A stretch of DNA of 32,025 bases from Magnetococcales bacterium (lineage in GTDB: Bacteria > Pseudomonadota > Magnetococcia > Magnetococcales > JADFYX01), in contig JADFYX010000001.1 of assembly GCA_015232795.1 (NCBI GenBank), positions 1 through 32,025 on the forward strand, in the 5' to 3' direction. The translations under genes and the position numbers were made by a program. Positions 26,701 through 32,025 of this stretch are shown in pieces. The notes beneath the pieces are model-generated. The model had not been told where the DNA came from. It ran no database searches and saw nothing but the letters and a program-made list of their open reading frames with translations. Each line of letters begins with the position of its first letter. The stretch's first letter is position 1.

Positions 26701-27756
26701 TTAACGAAGCACCAAGCCGGGGGCAGACCCCATAACAGCGTTACGCACCATGGCATCAACCCTCAAACCCATGCGCGAAAACCAATCGCCCTTATAGGTA
26801 AAGTCAACCATGCGTTTGGCTCCAATTTTACTTCTGGCAATTAATGCTGGCGAGCCTAAAGCATCTACCAAGCCTAACTTAACCGCCTGATCACCCGTCC
26901 AGACCAACCCCTCAAATAGCTCTTGATTTCCCGGCTTCAACCTATCACCACGACCGACCTTAACCGCTTTGATAAATTGATTATGAATACGCTTTAATAA
27001 AACTTGCGCATGAGCACTCTCTTTGGGATCAACCGGAGAAAAAGGGCTCATGAATGATTTATTCTTACCAGCAGTTAACTGTCTGGACTCCACACCCAGC
27101 TTATCCATGGCCTTTTCCAAGCCAAAACCCTGCATAATAACACCAATAGAACCAACCAAACTGGCTTTATCAGCATATATTTGCGGAGCCGAAGCCGCTA
27201 TATAATAGCCACCCGAAGCACAAAGATCTTCCAAAGCAGCGAAAACCGGGATGGTGGGATGACGTTTTCTTAATAACAACATGGCATCATAAATCTGCCC
27301 TGCCTGTACCGGGCTGCCACCTGGGCTGTTAATCCGCAAAATCACACCCTTGGTGTCAGGGTCTTCAAAGGCATTTTCCAAACCCTGAATTATATTATCT
27401 GCACTATAAGGGGTAGCGGGCATTATCGGACCTAGAACACTTACCACCGCCGTATGTCCTCTACTAGCCGTAAGCCCGTCCATATCTTCAGTTGACCACT
27501 CACCATCAATGGAGTGCCAAGCGATAAAAACCAGATAGAGAACAATAAACAACCGAAATAGATTTTTCCACCTTCTCGACCGCTTCTGCTCTAATGTGCT
27601 CTCTAGCAACAGACTCTCTAGAACCTTACGCTCAGCAGCACGGTTCTCCTCCATCTGTTGCATCCAAGATGAAGGGGTTGCATTTGCTCCTGATCCTTGG
27701 GTTGGCTCATCAGGGTCTATATCGATCAAATCCGGCTCTCTTTTATCCATCCCCAC
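26701..27756 (-). CDS. sppA: signal peptide peptidase SppA, 36K type (S49 family)
   Basis: INSPGGS, CASGGYYIA (nucleophile Ser region) and GSIGV blocks, with an N-terminal TM. The listed start is GTG at 27756; the ATG at 27750 is equally plausible. Confidence 0.88.
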   Translation of the reverse strand: MGMDKREPDLIDIDPDEPTQGSGANATPSSWMQQMEENRAAERKVLESLLLESTLEQKRSRRWKNLFRLFIVLYLVFIAWHSIDGEWSTEDMDGLTASRGHTAVVSVLGPIMPATPYSADNIIQGLENAFEDPDTKGVILRINSPGGSPVQAGQIYDAMLLLRKRHPTIPVFAALEDLCASGGYYIAASAPQIYADKASLVGSIGVIMQGFGLEKAMDKLGVESRQLTAGKNKSFMSPFSPVDPKESAHAQVLLKRIHNQFIKAVKVGRGDRLKPGNQELFEGLVWTGDQAVKLGLVDALGSPALIARSKIGAKRMVDFTYKGDWFSRMGLRVDAMVRNAVMGSAPGLVLR

Positions 27757-27875
27757 ACTTTACCCTATTATCTTTCAAACGGCAATTGCTAGCGCACACT
27801 CAGCGCAACCTATTGATTTACCAAATATATAATAAAAAAATATTATTTCAAACATGGTAATTTGTTTTATTTAAT

Positions 27876-27926
27876 CCTAGCCTCGGCAGTTGGCGTTGTG
27901 TGCATGGCACAACTTCAGAAGCTAGG
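27876..27926 (+). repeat. palindromic intergenic repeat, copy C (short variant)
   Basis: CCTAGCCTCGGCAGTTGG matches the core at 16/18. The following CGTTGTGTGCATGGCACAAC parallels copy B. Outer 6-bp stem CCTAGC/GCTAGG plus inner 6-bp stem GTTGTG/CACAAC. Confidence 0.75.
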
Positions 27927-27978
27927 TTATCCATTGACTAGCCCTAATGTTGCAGAGGAATATCAGAGTGGATGAGAT

Positions 27979-30762
27979 CTATTTTATACCGTTTGCTTTC
28001 AAGTGAGGCACATACTTCATGTCGGTGCCGCGGATGTGTCCTATCAGCCAACTTTTCAGGAAGATCATCAAATCAATGATAACGGTAAATTCACCTGCCT
28101 CAAACCTTTTCACAAAGTTAACCACCTTGGCAACGATCTTTTTATGAAGTTCCTTGTGTGCCCGAGCATCAGGATATCTCGTTTTGTCGAAATAGCCCTC
28201 CTCCCGTTTAAAGTGGAAGACGGTAAAGTCGGTCAACTCCGCAAGGATCGGGCTGACGAGCTCTTGCCCTTTACCCTGTTTCATGGCTAAGTGCAGCTTG
28301 TTAATAAGAGCAACCAGAACAAGGTGATCAGCATCTACATCCTTCAGGCCAGTATTGAGATCATCCCTCCAGACAAAATACTCTTTTTCCTTAGCATTAA
28401 TATCGGTAATACCACGGTAGAGGTTATCCATCTGTTGAAACATCAGTTTGCGAGTCTCAAGAAATTTAATCAGTTGACTGTCTGCCTCATCATGTCCTTC
28501 ATAGCCTTTGCTATGGAGGATTTTAACTACTATCTGTAGCTGTTTATGAGCCTGAGCCAAAAGCTCGGATAGTTTTTTATAAACAGATGAATTAGCAAAT
28601 TCCAGCCCTTGTTTACTTTTGAGCCATTGTCCAAGTTTGGAATTTCCCACATCGGGAATTAGTTTGGGATCAACCTCAAAGCGACCGGAAATACACTGCT
28701 CCAACTTGCCTTCCCATTGCAGATAATCGTCTTTGATAGCACGAATATTGAAAATAGGTTCGCCAATATCTACCTCCATTTGAGAGGCAAACAGCGCGCT
28801 ACTCATATCCTGCAATACCGATCCCATACGTTGAAATTGGATGGAAGAACCGCGTATGTTGATAGCTGTTTTACTAGCCTCCTCCATGCTTACCCCAACT
28901 CTATTGGATGCTTCGGCGGTTTTTTCTGAGGCAGCTTGGATGGATTGCGCCATATCAAATGCCTGTTTACTATCAGAAGCGACATTTTGAGCTGCTCCAG
29001 ATACTTCTAATGCTGACTGTGCCACCTCAGCAGTACCAGAAGCTGCTTCTGCTGCTGCTCTGGCAACATCTTTAGCTGCTACATTGAGTTCACCAGCATT
29101 ACGAGTCACTTCACTGGCAGCATCGGTCACCTCCTGCATTGAGGAAGAAATTCCTGCAATGCTCTTGGTTTGTACGTCAACAGATGTGGTGATTTCCAGG
29201 TTGGCTTGGTTGATTCTATCGATGCTTGAGACGATATTACTGTTGGCTGTAGCCACATCCTTGGTGATATTCTGGATTTCGATGGTCTTGCTTTGAATGG
29301 AAAGTGTAGCTTTGGCTGTTTGATGTGCCAACTCCTTCACCTCGTTGGCAACAACCGAAAATCCCTTCCCCGCCTCACCCGCTCCGGCTGCCTCAATGGA
29401 GGCGTTTAGGGCCAGCATGTTGGTCTGCTCGGCAATATTGTTGATGACATCCACCACATCCCCAATCTCAATGGCGGACTCCGAGAGTTTATCCATGATT
29501 GCCTGGGTGCCAGAGGCGAGCTGGTTGGCCTGTTCAGACTCTTTTTGCGCACTCTGACACTGCTGTCTGACTTTCTGTAGGGATTCTGACATCTCCTTGA
29601 TGGAGGCAGAAACTTTTTGCACCTCCCCATCCACCTGTTCCAGGTTTTGGTTTACCCCATCGATATTGGCGGTGATCTCTTCGGCTGCAGAAGCCATGGT
29701 TGTGATGTTAACACTGGTCTCTTCAGCTCCAGCAGCAATGGTGGCAACATTTTGGGAAAGTTGCTTGGTGGCATCAGAGATGTTTTGCACATTGTTAGTA
29801 GCCTGATTTGCAGCCTCTTTTACATCTGAAATCTCTGCTGCCAGAATTTCATTCTGCTCCGTTACCCTGTTAACCACCGTGTGGATGGTTTGGGCATCGC
29901 TACTAACCAGATCCCGAATTTTGACCAACTCCGCTGAACAGGAGACAATACTGCCAGAATGTGTACCGATGGTGGACATCAAATCGTTGAAATCATCTGC
30001 AAGACTATTGACACTGTTACATATTCCCAAAAACTCAGCCTGTGATCCTTCGATAGGCAATCGGTAGGTCAGCTCTCCTTTAGAGATACGCTCAACCCCC
30101 TTGCTGATTTGTTTGATGGAAGCGACAATGGTACGAATCAAGAAAAAACCAGCCAAAATCAAGATAATGTTGAGCATGACAATCAAATTGGTGATGCCAT
30201 TGTTGAAACTCAAGATTTTTTTATCAACCTCATCCAATAACTTATTGGTCATCTCGATATTGTTCGTGACAAACGGAACCAAAACTTGTCGTAACCCTTC
30301 TGCCGCACCATCAAACTCACCCATGGTTTTATTGCCCGTCTCCGGACCACCTGCCACATAGGCTTTGGCCATTTTAATCCCAGTGTCATAGAAGGCATCA
30401 AACCGATCCTCTAATTGATGAATCTGTTTTTTCTCGTCAGGATTTTTTGCATGCTCTATGAACTGCTTCAACGCATCTCGGAATAAACTTGCACTTTTCT
30501 CCGCTTCTGAAAAACCATCGTCCAAGCCATCTTGACCCCGTGTGGCAGATATATCTGTCAACCACTGTTGAACCTGGACGACCTCCTTTTCCATGTCCTT
30601 GGCCAACAGAGCAAATTTTACCTTTTCAGTTTTGATTTGATGGGCGCTATCTGAAACAGTTCTACCAGTTTTGAAACCCCAAAAATTTATTCCGATAAGA
30701 CACAGGGATGGAATAAGTAAAGATAAAATAATTTTCCCTTTTACGGAGGTAAACGGATTCAT
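27979..30762 (-). CDS. methyl-accepting chemotaxis protein with C-terminal CZB-like and hemerythrin domains
   Basis: Two TM segments flank a ~160-aa sensor region, followed by HAMP. Long signalling hairpin with tip [36 protein letters not shown]-spaced module about aa 678-743. Last 134 aa form a hemerythrin domain (H, HFKRE, HKELH, HIRGTD). Confidence 0.95.
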   Translation of the reverse strand: MNPFTSVKGKIILSLLIPSLCLIGINFWGFKTGRTVSDSAHQIKTEKVKFALLAKDMEKEVVQVQQWLTDISATRGQDGLDDGFSEAEKSASLFRDALKQFIEHAKNPDEKKQIHQLEDRFDAFYDTGIKMAKAYVAGGPETGNKTMGEFDGAAEGLRQVLVPFVTNNIEMTNKLLDEVDKKILSFNNGITNLIVMLNIILILAGFFLIRTIVASIKQISKGVERISKGELTYRLPIEGSQAEFLGICNSVNSLADDFNDLMSTIGTHSGSIVSCSAELVKIRDLVSSDAQTIHTVVNRVTEQNEILAAEISDVKEAANQATNNVQNISDATKQLSQNVATIAAGAEETSVNITTMASAAEEITANIDGVNQNLEQVDGEVQKVSASIKEMSESLQKVRQQCQSAQKESEQANQLASGTQAIMDKLSESAIEIGDVVDVINNIAEQTNMLALNASIEAAGAGEAGKGFSVVANEVKELAHQTAKATLSIQSKTIEIQNITKDVATANSNIVSSIDRINQANLEITTSVDVQTKSIAGISSSMQEVTDAASEVTRNAGELNVAAKDVARAAAEAASGTAEVAQSALEVSGAAQNVASDSKQAFDMAQSIQAASEKTAEASNRVGVSMEEASKTAINIRGSSIQFQRMGSVLQDMSSALFASQMEVDIGEPIFNIRAIKDDYLQWEGKLEQCISGRFEVDPKLIPDVGNSKLGQWLKSKQGLEFANSSVYKKLSELLAQAHKQLQIVVKILHSKGYEGHDEADSQLIKFLETRKLMFQQMDNLYRGITDINAKEKEYFVWRDDLNTGLKDVDADHLVLVALINKLHLAMKQGKGQELVSPILAELTDFTVFHFKREEGYFDKTRYPDARAHKELHKKIVAKVVNFVKRFEAGEFTVIIDLMIFLKSWLIGHIRGTDMKYVPHLKANGIK

Positions 30763-30810
30763 ACTCTTTTTCCTCTAAACGCAAATAATTAGCCGATATT
30801 TCCCAAGCCC

Positions 30811-31407
30811 TCAAACAACCTGAACAGTACTCTGGCCCCCGTCAGCCAGAATATCCAATACCCGTTGCCGCCACCCTGTGGCAAACTGTTGTTTAGTCTC
30901 GTTAGATGCTCCTCCCGATAGAATCTCTCCCATCATAGGGCCAATGTTTGCCCTGGGTGGAATGGATGCTGGAGAGTACGCCAAAGTAACTTTTTTGCCA
31001 TTGTCTCTGCGAGCAAAAGTTACCATCCCGGCCCCTGCAACACCGAATCTCAGAAGGTCCTTACGAACGAACTGACCAGCCAAGCCATGAAAACCCTGAA
31101 CCCCAGAAGCTCCAGTTAAAAGCGTATAAACCTGACTTAAAGGTCCATTCACTCCCTCGGAAGGACCACCAGCAATCTCCACCGTTATATCCCCCCGCTG
31201 GGGTATCTCATCACCTGGATAGAGATTGTCCAAGGCCACCTTAACCAGCAAAAAAGCCCCAGCTACTGTTGGACACGCATGCCCAGAGAGCTTTACTGCA
31301 TCTACAAATGTATAGGTAAACTTTCCATCACCAGCCCCCAATAACTCTGCCAACGGATCGTAAAGAGTTATGGAAGGCTGATCTGGAAATATATTTTCGT
31401 TACTCAT
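30811..31407 (-). CDS. hypothetical protein with FmdE-like GHxCP motif (198 aa from the ATG at 31407)
   Basis: ATG at 31407 with AGGA 5 nt upstream; the longer ORF start overlaps the merR-like gene. VKLSGHACPTVAGAFLLVKVALDNL resembles the HGHxCPG...AL core of FmdE/FwdE family proteins. The family call is tentative. Confidence 0.55.
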   Translation of the reverse strand: MSNENIFPDQPSITLYDPLAELLGAGDGKFTYTFVDAVKLSGHACPTVAGAFLLVKVALDNLYPGDEIPQRGDITVEIAGGPSEGVNGPLSQVYTLLTGASGVQGFHGLAGQFVRKDLLRFGVAGAGMVTFARRDNGKKVTLAYSPASIPPRANIGPMMGEILSGGASNETKQQFATGWRQRVLDILADGGQSTVQVV

Positions 31408-31426
31408 ATTAATCCTAATAAATCTA

Positions 31427-31927
31427 CTATAAACCAGCTTGAGAAGAAGGAGTTGGGGCTGGCAAAACACTAAAACCGTGGACTTGCTTTAATTTAATAT
31501 CAACTGCACTTTTTAACACACCAACACAAAAGCGCATTTCATATACTTCACAATTACGACACTCCTGGCTAGTAGTTCCACATTTATTCCCCTTGTTGGC
31601 CCAACATGGGGAAAAATGCTCTGTAATAGCCGGGCAGTCCTGCTTTTCAATATATCCGCACTTGATCTTCTCCCAACAGGGAATCAAAGATAACAACGTA
31701 CGAATGCCAGCTATACTAATGCTGGATTTTATCATCCTGCGTATTTCAATCAACCAATCTATATCCCGCTCAGAAAAATATCGGGTTCCAGCTCTATTTT
31801 TATGTGAGATAAACAATCCTTCTCTCTCATACATGTGAATGGTTCGGATAGAGATGTCCAACCGCTTGGCAACAACACCAATTTTTACCATCTCATCCAC
31901 GGCATCTGGTCGTAATTTTCCAAACAT
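31427..31927 (-). CDS. MerR-family transcriptional regulator with Cys-rich C-terminal domain
   Basis: HTH IGVVAKRLDISIRTIHMYEREGL, then a coiled region and 8 Cys in about 55 aa, including duplicated PCW-x4/5-KCG. An alternative start at 31891 (MVKIG...) fits typical MerR N-termini better. Confidence 0.88.
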   Translation of the reverse strand: MFGKLRPDAVDEMVKIGVVAKRLDISIRTIHMYEREGLFISHKNRAGTRYFSERDIDWLIEIRRMIKSSISIAGIRTLLSLIPCWEKIKCGYIEKQDCPAITEHFSPCWANKGNKCGTTSQECRNCEVYEMRFCVGVLKSAVDIKLKQVHGFSVLPAPTPSSQAGL

Positions 31928-32025
31928 ACATACCCCGCGACTTTTGTAATAAATAATTCTTATGAATGCATTAACTTATTAACTGATATATTTAGCAATA
32001 TAAACCAACAAAAATAAATATCAAT

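Noticed and set aside
17641-27926. Whether the three CCTAGATTCGGCAGTTGG loci could be a CRISPR array or part of one
   Set aside because: The copies are kilobases apart, in mixed orientation and individually palindromic, with genes between them. There are no regularly spaced short spacers and no cas genes.
28003-30361. Series of 60-95-codon plus-strand ORFs antisense to the chemoreceptor gene
   Set aside because: They tile the Ala/Ser/Glu-rich coiled-coil region, where antisense frames stay open by codon composition. None has an RBS or recognisable motif, and the minus-strand MCP frame explains the whole interval.
31970-31983. Direct repeat ATTAAC-TT-ATTAAC upstream of the merR-like gene as a MerR operator
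   Set aside because: MerR operators are normally dyad-symmetric within a 19-20-bp spacer. This is a direct repeat in very AT-rich DNA at the window edge, so it is mentioned only as context.

Overview
AT-rich chromosomal window, apparently from a microaerophilic proteobacterium. No rRNA, tRNA, CRISPR array, transposase or integrase was recognised. Contents in order:

- **Signalling block (2-5314):** three translationally coupled genes: hybrid histidine kinase (5' end outside the window), REC-PAS-PAS hybrid kinase, and REC-GGDEF.
- **Small membrane ORF and SapC-like fusion (5307-7231):** the SapC-like protein carries a transmembrane (TM) segment and a long low-complexity tail.
- **Complete but rearranged cbb3 oxidase system (7246-17127):** DsbD_2/TauE-like, ccoI, ccoS, a stand-alone hemerythrin, ccoPON on the minus strand, then ccoG, ccoH and a displaced ccoQ.
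- **Two small overlapping genes (17185-17608):** one is Rmf/CrpP-like.
- **Late cobalamin genes (17765-23388):** cobS, cobC, cobT, cobU, cobO, cobD, cbiB.
- **acnB and sppA (24038-27756).**
- **Candidate three-gene sensory module (27979-31927):** MerR regulator with a Cys-rich tail, an FmdE-like protein, and a long chemoreceptor ending in a ligand-substituted CZB-like module plus a hemerythrin domain.

The structure least explained by ordinary annotation:

- A dispersed palindromic repeat family with core CCTAGATTCGGCAGTTGG, at 17641-17688, 23749-23911 and 27876-27926. The middle copy is a 163-nt composite hairpin.
- A roughly 300-nt leader ending in an intrinsic terminator just upstream of cbiB.
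- The O2/redox-sensing theme: two intact hemerythrin diiron motif sets, an FNR-type box and the Cys-rich MerR.

All family assignments come from motif recognition by eye. None was checked against a database.
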